From positions 311,172-375,171 of the forward strand of contig CBDEUM010000030.1 in the NCBI GenBank assembly GCA_965242925.1: DNA of 64,000 bases. The letters run 5' to 3'. The position numbers and the translations under genes are program-made. The notes under the pieces are model-generated. The model searched no databases. It was not told where the DNA came from and saw only the letters and a program-made list of their open reading frames with translations. This document shows positions 10,480 through 20,031 of this stretch, piece by piece (the first letter of the stretch is position 1; every line of letters begins with the position of its first letter). The DNA is from Roseibacillus sp. Lineage in GTDB: Bacteria; Verrucomicrobiota; Verrucomicrobiia; Verrucomicrobiales; Akkermansiaceae.

Positions 10480-10524
10480 CCCCTCTCCGGCTTGGGCCTG
10501 CTCCTTCGTCGGCGCCGCTCATAG
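10480..10524 (+). pseudogene. Orphan 3' tip of a PEP-CTERM gene (PLSGLGLLLRRRRS*)
   Basis: Hydrophobic stretch + RRRRS* like the tail of the PEP-CTERM gene ending at 38205 (LGLGLRRRRS*); followed by a terminator. Confidence 0.65.
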
Positions 10525-10554
10525 AGCGCCCACGGAGGAACAACTATTCTTTCG

Positions 10555-10583
10555 AAAGCGCACCGTTCAGGTGCGCTTTTTTT
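10555..10583 (+). terminator. Rho-independent terminator
   Basis: aaagcgcacc-gttca-ggtgcgcttt hairpin running into a T tract. Confidence 0.85.
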
Positions 10584-10694
10584 ATTAGACCAGGAGGCAT
10601 ACTCGGTGCGCTGTCCTTCCCCACCTATGTTCGCCCAAAAAAGCCTAGGACTAAGTCCTCTTATTGATTGTATTAAGACTCCTTCACCAAGGTT

Positions 10695-13600
10695 ATGCGC
10701 ATAAAACCCATCCTCATCTCTCTTTCCATCCTGGCCGGCGGAGCAACCATCGCGGGCGCAGCCACCATAATCGGCGAAGGCGAGGCCCGTCCTTTCGCCA
10801 GCGGAGGAAGTCCCGATGGCTGGTCCGGAGTCGGCGTGCTCGAAACCGCGATCATCGACTCTACCACCGTTCCCGGCGTGGGGGACCTTGTCGAAATTAT
10901 GGAGGTGTCGATGCTTGCCGGGGCTGGTCGCGCTGGCGGAAATCACCACTTCATCCCTCTCCTCGTCGATTCCTCGGACCAGATCGCCTGGATCGGCCCG
11001 GAGCTGACCCCGACCGTTGATGGCCTCAATACCTTCCCCATTACCGGAGCGGACCCGATTGACATCAGCACCGAAACCTATCGCCTGGGCCTCTGGCAAT
11101 GGAATGATGGGCAGGATGACAACGCCGGCGGGACCATCGCCTTCGCGGGAGGCGGCGGCGGGGGAATGTTTTACCAGAATCTCAATGGAACCCTTGGTGC
11201 CGATGCGATTTCGATCGGCCACGATGTTTCGGGCGGGCAGCAACATGCCTCCGGTCCCGGTGGTCGCGACTATCACATTGATCTGACGGTTTCGGCGATT
11301 CCAGAGCCCTCGGATCCCCTTCCCCCCACCGATATCAGCCTGAGCAATAGCGAGTTGCTTCCGGGATCGCAAGTTCCCACTGATGTTGGGATCTTCAATA
11401 CTGCCGATCCCAATCCCAGTGACAACGTGTTCACCTACCAACTCGTGAGTGGAGCGGGTGATACCGACAATGCGCTCTTTGCGATTGCAGGACCACGTCT
11501 CGAAACGGCAACCGTTCTGGGCGGAGCGGGCAACAGTTATTCCATTCGCATTCGCTCCACCGATCCTGGCGGGCTCTCCCTCGAGAAGAGCTTTTCTCTC
11601 TCCATCGTCGCGGGCCAAGCTCCGACCGGAATCAGCCTGACTACGGCCGTGATCTCAACCGATGCGCCCTCAGGGGCGACGGTAGGGCTCTTCGATACCA
11701 GCGATGCCGACGCCGCGGATGTGCATACTTACACTCTTGTTTCCGGAGTGGGCGACGCCAACAATGGAGCCTTTGCGATTAGCGGAGACGAACTGCGCAC
11801 CGCCCAGGCTCTCCCGGCCGGCGGCGCGAGTCTCTCCCTCCGCGTGCGCTCAACCGATCTTGGTGGATTCACCGTCGAAGAGACGTTTGTTATCCTCGTG
11901 ATCGACCCGTCCGTCCGCATCAGCGAATTCATGGCCAGCAACAGCACCACCTTGCTGGACGACGATGGAGATTCGTCGGATTGGATCGAGATCGTCAACG
12001 ATCAGGCGGAGGAAGTGAATCTCTCCGGTTGGTATCTTACCGACGACGCCAACAACCTGACCAAGTGGCAGTTCCCGTCGAAGGTGATTCCCGGGGGCGG
12101 CTATCTGGTGGTGTTTGCCTCGAACAAAGACCGCGCCGGGGCAAACGACCCGAAGCTCCACACCAATTTCCAACTCACCTCGACGGGCGAATACCTGGCC
12201 CTGGTCAAGCCGGACGGACAAACCATCGCCTCGTTCTATGCGCCGACATACCCACCGCAGACAACCGACGTGTCTTACGGGGTGAGTGCCGACGGCAGTG
12301 TGACGGGGTACTTTTCGCCGCCCACGCCCGAAGAGGCCAACGGCGCTCCCTCGCCCGCGGGAATCAATACGGTGGAATTCAGTGTGACACGCGGGTTTTT
12401 CGATACCGCCTTCGACGTGACGCTCACGCCTGCCATCCCGGGCTCGACCATCCGCTACACCACCAGTGGGAGCAAACCAACGACGGGCTCGGGGACGGTC
12501 TACAGCGGGCCGATCACTATTCCGAGAACCTCCACCTTGCGCGCGATCTCCTATGTCCCCGGGGGCGGCGGGCCCGATTCTCTAATCGCGACCCACACTT
12601 ATATCTTCGTCGCGGACGTGGTGAGGCAAGGCAACATGTGGTCAACGATCACTCAGAATGCCAACTGGGGTCCGCGGTTGCCGGGAGCTCTGACGGCGCT
12701 ACCTACCATCTCCCTGGTGAAATCCGGCTCAATCTCCCAGACGGAATCCGAGACCTCGATGGAGCTCATCTTCCCGGATGGCACCACCGGATTTCAAGTC
12801 GACTGTGGGGTCGAGCACTTCGGCGGGCACAGCCTGGGTTCGCCCAAGAAGAACATGCGCATGAGCTTCAAGAAGAGCTACGGACCGTCGCGCCTGAACT
12901 ACGATATCTACGGTGGAGATGCCGCCAAGGAGTTCGACCAGGTCATCCTGCGAACTGGTTCGCACGATACCTGGTTTTGGACACATCCCAGCGGGCATGG
13001 CGGAACCTACATTCGTGGTCGTTGGGCATTCGACCGACAGCTCGAAGCCGGCCATGTGGCGCCACGAGGACGCTGGGTTCACGTCTACATCAACGGATCG
13101 TATCACGGGATGCATCATCTCATGGAACGCCCGAATGGGGCCTTCATGGCCTCCTACCTCGGGGGGGAGAAGGAAGACTACGAAGCGCTCAACGCCGGAA
13201 GCACCATCGACGGTGACAAGAGTACTTGGAATGCGATGAAGGCGGTGTTGGGCGACTACGGTCAGCTCAAGAACTACATGGACGTAAAGAATTACGCCGA
13301 CTATATGCTTCTGCAGTTTTATGGCGGCAACGATTGGGACTGGAATTCCTCCCAGAACTGGGCGTCAGCCAGCCGCAAAGTGCCCGATGCGTCCTACAAG
13401 TTTTTCGCCTGGGACAGCGATGTCCTCATTCGCAGCACCCTGAATGCCAATGTGATAAACCGTGGTGGACCCGAAAACATGTGGGGTGCGATGAAGAACC
13501 ACGACGAGTTCAAATTACTCCTCGCCGACCGGGCCCATGAGTTTTTCTTCAATGATGGGATGCTCACCCGCGACCGCGTGTTGGTGCAGTTCGATGAACT

Positions 13601-16559
13601 CACCGACCGCATCGATCAGGCCATCTTTGCCGAGTGCGCTCGCTGGGGAAATAACAACAACTACACGCCTGCCACCTGGCAGAGAGAAGTCGATGAAATC
13701 AAGAACGACCTCATCGACCAGCGGACAAATGTGGTCATTGCGCAGATGCGGGCCGCGGGCGTCTTTCCCAGTTTCGACGCACCGCTCTTCAGTCAACTTG
13801 GAGGACAGGTGCCCGACGGCTTCCACCTGACCCTTTCGCTCCCCGGAAACGGTGCGCGCGGCCGGATCTACTACACCTTCAATGGCGGAGACCCGACCGG
13901 AAACACTCCACTCGGCGGGGGCACGGAATCAGTGTTCCTCGATCAGGGAGTGGCTGCGCGCGCTCTCATTCCCTCGATCGCCAACGGGGGCGATTCGTTG
14001 GGCGATTCCTGGAAGGGAGGAGCGGAGCCCTTCGACGACTCCTCCTGGCTGAGCGGGACGAGCGGAATCGGTTACGATACGGGGAGCGACTACGATGCCC
14101 TGATCGGGCTGGACGTCGAGGCCATGCAAGGCGTGATCGGCTCCGCCTACGCTCGCATCCCCTTTGACCTCACGCAGGCGCAGATCGACAACATCAATCA
14201 GCTGCGTCTCGATATGAAGGCCGAGGACGGATTTGTGGCTTACCTCAACGGTGTGGAAGTTGCCTCGCTGCAGAAGCCCTCGCCGTTATTATGGAATTCG
14301 AACTCGGACAATTCCACCAGCGATGGGACTGCCGTGCAGTTTCAGACGCATGATATCACGCAGCACATCGGCGACCTCGTGGCGGGGAGTAACATTCTGG
14401 CCTTCCATCTTCTCAATCACTCCAACACGAGCAGCGACCTGCTCTGCCTGCCGCGTCTGGTGAGTGTGGAATTGCCAGACGAGGGAGAGGTTGATTCTCC
14501 GGGAGTGGAGCTCTACACCGGTCCGATTACTCTCACTGAGTCGGGTACTGTGCGGGCCCGGGTTCAGTTGGGTGGGCAGTGGTCGGCTCTGGAAGAAGCC
14601 TTCTTCTATGTTGAGGCCGAAGCTCCTGCTCCAGGGGAACTCGTGTTAACCGAGATCAATTACAACCCCCAGGGTGCCGACGATGCCGAGTTTCTCGAAT
14701 TGAAAAACGTCAGTGCCAAGAACCTGATTCTCGATGACCTCCAGTTCACCGATGGAATCAGTTTCACCTTCCCGGTCAATACCGTGCTGCCGCCTGGCGA
14801 GTACGTCGTAGTGGTGGGGAACGAGACCGTCTTTGCAGGCCGCTACCTGGATTCCAGCTCACCCTGGATATCGACTCCGGTGACGGTGGCGGGGGAGTTC
14901 ACAGGTTCGCTCGACAACGGGGGGGAGAATCTCACCCTGGTGGATGCCTCGGGCGGAGATCTTCTCAACTTCGCCTACAACGATTCGGGGAGTTGGCCGG
15001 GTCGCGCTGATGGAAAAGGGAGCTCGGCGGAATTGGAGCGTATTGGGGACCTGACCTCAACTCAGCCTGAACTCAACACCGAACTTGCCAACGGTGACAA
15101 TTGGCGGCCCTCCAGCGAGTTTCACGGCTCCCCCGGGCGCGGGGGCAACGGACCCGATAACCGCGTGGTATTCAATGAACTCCTCGCGCGAAGCAATCTG
15201 CCTGCCACCGATTGGTTTGAACTCTACAACACCACTTTGGGACTCGTGGATCTCAGTGGCTGGTTCATCTCGGACGACAGCGCCGAGTACAAGAAGTTCG
15301 AGATCCCCGGCAGCACGAACCTCGAGGGTGGTATGTTCCTCGTCTACGAGGAGAATGATTTCAATGCAGGCGCCAACCTCATCGACTTCGCGCTCAACGG
15401 AGCAAAGGGAGACGACCTCTATTTGCTCGAGGCCGATGTGTTTGGGAATCTTCTGCGTTTCGTCGACCGGGCCGAGTTCGGCGCCGCGCGTAGCGGAGAG
15501 TCATTGGGGCGCTGGCCCGATGGGACGGGAGACCTCTATCCCATGCAATCGCAGACCCCGGGGCAGCCCAACAGCACCGGCGGAAACTACGTCCGCGTGG
15601 GGTCAGTGGTGGTGAGCGAGGTGATGTACAATCCCTCTGCGGCCCCGGACACCGGTCTGGAGTTCATCGAGATTCACAATACGGGTGCAACCGCGGAGAA
15701 TCTTGCCAACTGGCGGCTGCGGGGGGAGGCCGAGTTCGATTTCGCGGCGGAGAATCTCGGGGCGGGAGCGGTGCTCTTAATTGTGGGATTCGATCCGAAT
15801 ATCGATGTGGCCGAGCGCAACGCCTTCCTCGCAACCTACCCCAGCGCGAGCGCTTTGCAGCTTCGTGGTCCGTGGTCGGCGGGCTTATTGAACCTCCTCG
15901 ACAACGGTGGAGCGCGCATTGTTCTGCAACGGGCCGACGATCTCGAGAGTCCTCCCGGCGAGACGCCGTTCTATCCTGCGCTCTTTGAGGACACGGTAAA
16001 TTACAACGACGTTGCTCCCTGGCCCACCGGACCGGATGGCACGGGCCCTTCCCTGAGCCGAATCAGCGCGGTGGTCTACGGTGACGATCCGGCTAACTGG
16101 CAATCGGGCACAGCAAATCCCGGCGTTCATGCGATTGGCACGATCACCTATGAACTATGGGCTGCTCATCACGGATTGGGAGTCGGCCCCGAGGCCGCGC
16201 CCCAGGCGGACTTCGAACTTGATGGCGTGATCAACCTCCTGGAGTTCGCCCTCGATAGCGATCCCACCGCGATCGATCCGGAGAAACTTCCCCCTGCCAC
16301 TACGCAGACTCTGAACGTGGGTGGGCAGCTTGACGATTATCTCGCCCTCACCTACCGGAGACGACGCGACGCGCCTAACCTCGTGTACACCGTGCAGGTG
16401 AGTCACGATTTGGTGAACTGGTCGATTCCGACACAACAAGTCGGCAATCCCGTCGATAATGGTGATGGGACGGACTCGATCACGGTTCGCGACACGCAGC
16501 CCATCGGGGCTAGCGGGCGCCGCTTCATGCGCTTGTTGGTGGACCTTCAAGAGCCATAG
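10695..16559 (+). CDS. Giant secreted protein: N-terminal domain, 2 cadherin-like, lamin-tail (LTD), Fn3-associated, CotH kinase-like, jelly-roll, further LTDs, Verrucomicrobia-type C-terminal domain
   Basis: Signal peptide; ISEFMASN...SDWIEI...LSGWYLTDD (LTD); IRYTTSGSKP; VYINGSYHGMHHLMER, GNDWDW..QNW, FFAWDSD (CotH); ends RRFMRLLVDLQEP. Confidence 0.88.
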   Translation: MRIKPILISLSILAGGATIAGAATIIGEGEARPFASGGSPDGWSGVGVLETAIIDSTTVPGVGDLVEIMEVSMLAGAGRAGGNHHFIPLLVDSSDQIAWIGPELTPTVDGLNTFPITGADPIDISTETYRLGLWQWNDGQDDNAGGTIAFAGGGGGGMFYQNLNGTLGADAISIGHDVSGGQQHASGPGGRDYHIDLTVSAIPEPSDPLPPTDISLSNSELLPGSQVPTDVGIFNTADPNPSDNVFTYQLVSGAGDTDNALFAIAGPRLETATVLGGAGNSYSIRIRSTDPGGLSLEKSFSLSIVAGQAPTGISLTTAVISTDAPSGATVGLFDTSDADAADVHTYTLVSGVGDANNGAFAISGDELRTAQALPAGGASLSLRVRSTDLGGFTVEETFVILVIDPSVRISEFMASNSTTLLDDDGDSSDWIEIVNDQAEEVNLSGWYLTDDANNLTKWQFPSKVIPGGGYLVVFASNKDRAGANDPKLHTNFQLTSTGEYLALVKPDGQTIASFYAPTYPPQTTDVSYGVSADGSVTGYFSPPTPEEANGAPSPAGINTVEFSVTRGFFDTAFDVTLTPAIPGSTIRYTTSGSKPTTGSGTVYSGPITIPRTSTLRAISYVPGGGGPDSLIATHTYIFVADVVRQGNMWSTITQNANWGPRLPGALTALPTISLVKSGSISQTESETSMELIFPDGTTGFQVDCGVEHFGGHSLGSPKKNMRMSFKKSYGPSRLNYDIYGGDAAKEFDQVILRTGSHDTWFWTHPSGHGGTYIRGRWAFDRQLEAGHVAPRGRWVHVYINGSYHGMHHLMERPNGAFMASYLGGEKEDYEALNAGSTIDGDKSTWNAMKAVLGDYGQLKNYMDVKNYADYMLLQFYGGNDWDWNSSQNWASASRKVPDASYKFFAWDSDVLIRSTLNANVINRGGPENMWGAMKNHDEFKLLLADRAHEFFFNDGMLTRDRVLVQFDELTDRIDQAIFAECARWGNNNNYTPATWQREVDEIKNDLIDQRTNVVIAQMRAAGVFPSFDAPLFSQLGGQVPDGFHLTLSLPGNGARGRIYYTFNGGDPTGNTPLGGGTESVFLDQGVAARALIPSIANGGDSLGDSWKGGAEPFDDSSWLSGTSGIGYDTGSDYDALIGLDVEAMQGVIGSAYARIPFDLTQAQIDNINQLRLDMKAEDGFVAYLNGVEVASLQKPSPLLWNSNSDNSTSDGTAVQFQTHDITQHIGDLVAGSNILAFHLLNHSNTSSDLLCLPRLVSVELPDEGEVDSPGVELYTGPITLTESGTVRARVQLGGQWSALEEAFFYVEAEAPAPGELVLTEINYNPQGADDAEFLELKNVSAKNLILDDLQFTDGISFTFPVNTVLPPGEYVVVVGNETVFAGRYLDSSSPWISTPVTVAGEFTGSLDNGGENLTLVDASGGDLLNFAYNDSGSWPGRADGKGSSAELERIGDLTSTQPELNTELANGDNWRPSSEFHGSPGRGGNGPDNRVVFNELLARSNLPATDWFELYNTTLGLVDLSGWFISDDSAEYKKFEIPGSTNLEGGMFLVYEENDFNAGANLIDFALNGAKGDDLYLLEADVFGNLLRFVDRAEFGAARSGESLGRWPDGTGDLYPMQSQTPGQPNSTGGNYVRVGSVVVSEVMYNPSAAPDTGLEFIEIHNTGATAENLANWRLRGEAEFDFAAENLGAGAVLLIVGFDPNIDVAERNAFLATYPSASALQLRGPWSAGLLNLLDNGGARIVLQRADDLESPPGETPFYPALFEDTVNYNDVAPWPTGPDGTGPSLSRISAVVYGDDPANWQSGTANPGVHAIGTITYELWAAHHGLGVGPEAAPQADFELDGVINLLEFALDSDPTAIDPEKLPPATTQTLNVGGQLDDYLALTYRRRRDAPNLVYTVQVSHDLVNWSIPTQQVGNPVDNGDGTDSITVRDTQPIGASGRRFMRLLVDLQEP

Positions 16560-16624
16560 AGTGTCACGATCTGATTCCGGAACAGCAAAGGCGAAGAGGT
16601 TGATTCGTCCGAGAAGTCCAAATT

Positions 16625-16710
16625 ATAACCTCACCCTGCCCCGATCCGCGTGGCGTAGCCTCTCCCCGCTTGCCCCCTGCGCCTGGGGCAGGTAGGTATC
16701 AGGAATGAAG
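16625..16710 (+). repeat. Fullest copy of a dispersed intergenic element (ctcaccctgccccgatccgcgtggcgtagcctctccccgcttgccccctgcgcctggggcaggtagg...ggaATG)
   Basis: 5' half matches 24598-24624, 3' half matches 9832-9885; partial or diverged copies at 6453-6483, 19931-19974 (minus), 30879-30891, 32278-32300. Confidence 0.75.
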
Positions 16711-17127
16711 AAAGCCCTGACTGCCCTGTGCTTCGCCTCAATGGGAACGCTCCTGTTTGGTCTTGAGAAGCCCGCCGCTCCAGCTCCTGTTGGCCCAGCG
16801 ATTACCAAAGTAGATATACGCCCCTCAAAAATCGAATTCAGCCGTTGGAACACACCGGTTGAGCTGACATCTCTCGAAGACGCGAAGAAACATTTTGAAG
16901 GAGATGCTCTGGATCAGCTGAAGGCCAAAGTCGACTTTGGAAATCAGATTGTGTTGGTTTTTTCCTGGCGTGGTTCCGGGCAAGACAATTTGGACTATGT
17001 CGTGATGGAATCCTTCCCAGAGCAGATTGCCTTCTCCTACCGTCCGGGCCGAACCAGGGATTTGCGTCCGCATGTGCACGTGTTTGCCCTTCGTGCCAAC
17101 GTGAAATGGCGCGCGGGAGGAAAATAG
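16705..17127 (+). CDS. Hypothetical secreted protein
   Basis: Signal peptide MKKALTALCFASMGTLLFG; globular-looking body (VDFGNQIVLVFSWRGSGQD...PGRTRDLRPH). Confidence 0.75.
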   Translation: MKKALTALCFASMGTLLFGLEKPAAPAPVGPAITKVDIRPSKIEFSRWNTPVELTSLEDAKKHFEGDALDQLKAKVDFGNQIVLVFSWRGSGQDNLDYVVMESFPEQIAFSYRPGRTRDLRPHVHVFALRANVKWRAGGK

Positions 17128-17160
17128 ATTCCCGCTTAGAAAATCATGCCGTCAAAGGCA

Positions 17161-17199
17161 CATGGCGGCGCCTTGACGAAAAAGCGATTTCCTTTCAGT
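17161..17199 (+). repeat. 39-bp direct repeat, copy 1
   Basis: catggcggcgccttgacgaaaaagcgatttcctttcagt, identical to 18355-18393. Confidence 0.95.
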
Positions 17200-17204
17200 A
17201 TAAA

Positions 17205-18275
17205 ATGAAGATTTTCCAATCCTTAGTGATCGGCTTTCTCGCCACCGCTATTGCCTTTGCCGAAGATAGCCCTGTAGCCGCAAAAGGAACTGAGTTGCGT
17301 GAGGTTGTTGTTAGTCATACTGACGAAAAGGGCATCCTCCAACTCTATCACATGAAGGAAGACGGTTCCGATAGCCGTCAGCTTACTCGTTCCGAGCGCA
17401 GCTGCCGCATGCCCGCGTGCTCTCCTGACGGAAAGAAGCTCGTATACGTGAAACAGGTTGGCCATGGCCAATCTCTCTGGATTTCCCATATTGAAGGGAA
17501 GACAAAACGCGTCCTTATCGATGGAGGGATGAACATAGTCCCTTCGTGGTTGCCTGATTCCCAGCATATTGTCTGGATGAAGGCTCAGTCAGGGCAAGAC
17601 CCATCGGGGAAGAGCCAGATCCACATTATGAACACGGAGACGGGCGAATCAAGAAGGCTGTTCGCCGACCCTGAGCAACTGTTGTTCAGCAATTCTATGC
17701 CGGTTGTCTCGCCCAAAGGAGATCTGATCGCATTCGTCTCCAACCGAAGCGGCGCTATGCGTATCTGGCTCAGCGCTCTGGATGGAAGCAATGCGAGGCT
17801 GGCTTCCCCTCCAGAGGTTGAGTTCCACGAAACGATCGACGCCGCCATCGAACAAAAAGTTCCCGTCTGGTCTCCCGATGGCAAGTGGATTGCGCATTGG
17901 GAGGGTGTTGAGATGGTCCATATGAGCAAGTTTACTGGCGTTCCAAACCCGCAACGAGATCGCTTGATCTCGAAGACCTTTCACGTCTGGGTGGTGGACA
18001 GCGATGGAGAGAACCGAAGAAAAATTGGACGCGGAGACGATCCCACTTGGTCTCCCGATGGATTCGTAACGCGGGCTTTTCCTGATCAAAGAAGGGGCGG
18101 CCCTAAGGTTATGATTGAAACTGAATCTGGGGAAAAGGAATTACCGATAGTGCCTCGCGAACGAAACTGGGGTCGCTTCACTTGGTTGCCAGAGCGAGCC
18201 CAAAAATCTAAAAGTGAACAAGGCGGCACTGACAAACCAGCTGCTGATCCTGATAAGAAGCCCAACAAGACGTAG
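17205..18275 (+). CDS. TolB-like / PD40 beta-propeller secreted protein
   Basis: Signal peptide MKIFQSLVIGFLATAIAFA; repeated P.(W/C/V)SPDG/KG motifs and IAFVSNRSG. Confidence 0.85.
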   Translation: MKIFQSLVIGFLATAIAFAEDSPVAAKGTELREVVVSHTDEKGILQLYHMKEDGSDSRQLTRSERSCRMPACSPDGKKLVYVKQVGHGQSLWISHIEGKTKRVLIDGGMNIVPSWLPDSQHIVWMKAQSGQDPSGKSQIHIMNTETGESRRLFADPEQLLFSNSMPVVSPKGDLIAFVSNRSGAMRIWLSALDGSNARLASPPEVEFHETIDAAIEQKVPVWSPDGKWIAHWEGVEMVHMSKFTGVPNPQRDRLISKTFHVWVVDSDGENRRKIGRGDDPTWSPDGFVTRAFPDQRRGGPKVMIETESGEKELPIVPRERNWGRFTWLPERAQKSKSEQGGTDKPAADPDKKPNKT

Positions 18276-18354
18276 CAGGGCAAGCCGTACTAGCGCTTCT
18301 CCTGCCTCGCTCCCTCCGGTCGGGCAGACCCCCACTCACCCCGGCCTGCCGGCC

Positions 18355-18393
18355 CATGGCGGCGCCTTGACGAAAAAGCGATTTCCTTTCAGT
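18355..18393 (+). repeat. 39-bp direct repeat, copy 2
   Basis: Identical to 17161-17199. Confidence 0.95.
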
Positions 18394-18460
18394 TGGCCTC
18401 AAGGTGTGGTGGCACGAGAACGGCCAGAAGCAGGCCGAAGTAACCTACAAAGACGGCGAG

Positions 18461-19933
18461 CTACGAGGGGGGCTCGTTTTTCTTTGCCCGCGCCTTCTTG
18501 CGTTCTTGCCGCCTCTTCAAGCGCTCCTCCTTGCTCAGCTTCAGTTCGGTCGGGTCGGACTGGGGAGTAGTCGATGATCCCTTTGAAGCGGAAGCGACCA
18601 TCTCCTTGAGCCAGCGTTTGTGCAACTGGACCAGTTCGCGGGCCTTGGCCGGTTGGGTGCTCGCAAGGTCATTTGCTTCGGAGGGATCTTTCGAGAGATC
18701 GTAGAGTTCGAACTTCTCCTTGAAGCCGTGCGCTTTCCAGGGTCCCTGGCGAACCGCCCACTCACCCTTGGGCAGACCGCTGTTGAAGTAGAGTTCGGAG
18801 TGGTGGCTCGGGGCACCGTCGATGAGCAGGGGCAGGAGGCTCCTGCCATCGAAAGGGGTCTTGCTTGGTGGCTCGATTCCAAGGGAGTCGAGTGCGGTGG
18901 GAAGGATGTCGAGCGAGATCACCGGCGTGTCGATCGTGCGACCGCCCTTGAATTTGGCCGGCCAGCTCACAACCCAGGGAGTGCGGACTCCGCCTTCGTA
19001 GAGACTACCCTTGAATCCGCGCAGGATGCCATTGTTGGCTTCCATCGCCTTCGATCCGCCGTTGTCGGTGAGGAAGATGAGCAAGGTGTTTTTCCAGAGG
19101 CCTTCGTCCTTCAATTTCTTGACCACCGCGCCGACTCCGAGGTCGAGGTGATGAAGCATCGCCATGAGGATGGCTCGCTTGTTGCTGAGGCCGGGAAACT
19201 TCTGTTGGTAACGTGCGATGTCCTTTTTTGGCGCCTGCGCTGGGGCGTGCACGGCATTGTAGGCGAGGTAGAGGAAGAACGGGCTCGCCTTCTCGCGGTC
19301 GATGAAGGCCACCGCTTCCTCGGTCAGGCGGGTTGTCATGTATCCTTCGTAATCCTCATCCTTGAGGCGCTTCTTGTTACGATAGATCGGATTGTAGTCG
19401 TTGCTGTTGACACCCTTCAGGCTGAAGTAGTCATGGCCACCGCGCCCCATGAACTTGTAGCACTGGTCGAAGCCGCGGTTCAAGGCGTGCCACTTCAAGC
19501 TGGGAAAGTCATCATCGAGTCCGAGGTGCCATTTTCCGATCGCGGTGCTGGTATATTCCTCCGGAAGAAAGGCGGGGAAAATCGGCAGCTTGGGATCAAA
19601 TCCCCGTCCGCCATCACCCGCGGTGTAAACACCGACCCGCTGTTGGTAGCGCCCGAGCATGAGACCGGCCCGCGTCGGCGAACAGACATGTCCGCTGGTG
19701 TAGGCGTTGGTGAAGAAGACCCCTTCCTTCGCGAGGGCGTCCATGTGCGGAGTGGCGACTTCCGCGGGATGATGCGTGTTGAAACTGATGTCCGCGTAGC
19801 CCTGGTCGTCAGTCAGGATCACGACAATGTTGGGACTCGTGGTCGTGGATCTGGATGCGCTGGCATTGTCCTGCGCGGAGGATTCGGTGGTCAGAAAGGC
19901 GGCTGAAATGAGGATCGCGATGATGGATTTCAT
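18461..19933 (-). CDS. Formylglycine-dependent sulfatase (arylsulfatase A-like)
   Basis: Signal peptide; PNIVVILTDDQG, CSPTRAGL (CxPxR), GKWHLG, TDNGG, KGSLYEGGVR. Confidence 0.95.
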   Translation of the reverse strand: MKSIIAILISAAFLTTESSAQDNASASRSTTTSPNIVVILTDDQGYADISFNTHHPAEVATPHMDALAKEGVFFTNAYTSGHVCSPTRAGLMLGRYQQRVGVYTAGDGGRGFDPKLPIFPAFLPEEYTSTAIGKWHLGLDDDFPSLKWHALNRGFDQCYKFMGRGGHDYFSLKGVNSNDYNPIYRNKKRLKDEDYEGYMTTRLTEEAVAFIDREKASPFFLYLAYNAVHAPAQAPKKDIARYQQKFPGLSNKRAILMAMLHHLDLGVGAVVKKLKDEGLWKNTLLIFLTDNGGSKAMEANNGILRGFKGSLYEGGVRTPWVVSWPAKFKGGRTIDTPVISLDILPTALDSLGIEPPSKTPFDGRSLLPLLIDGAPSHHSELYFNSGLPKGEWAVRQGPWKAHGFKEKFELYDLSKDPSEANDLASTQPAKARELVQLHKRWLKEMVASASKGSSTTPQSDPTELKLSKEERLKRRQERKKARAKKNEPPS

Positions 19934-20031
19934 GATTCCCCAGCCCTACCACACTGCCGGAGGCAGGGGAAGCTGCCACCCATCCCAGTGCAGGAACCAG
20001 GGTGCGGTGCACGGGTTGAGGGTGCAGCTGA

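Noticed and set aside
10477..10524. TGA of the LRR gene is in frame with PLSGLGLLLRRRRS*, suggesting read-through
   Set aside because: The second copy of this 3' module (24597) also stops at ISEKP, with TGA-TAA; the tail lacks PEP and a full TM helix, so it is better read as a fusion scar.
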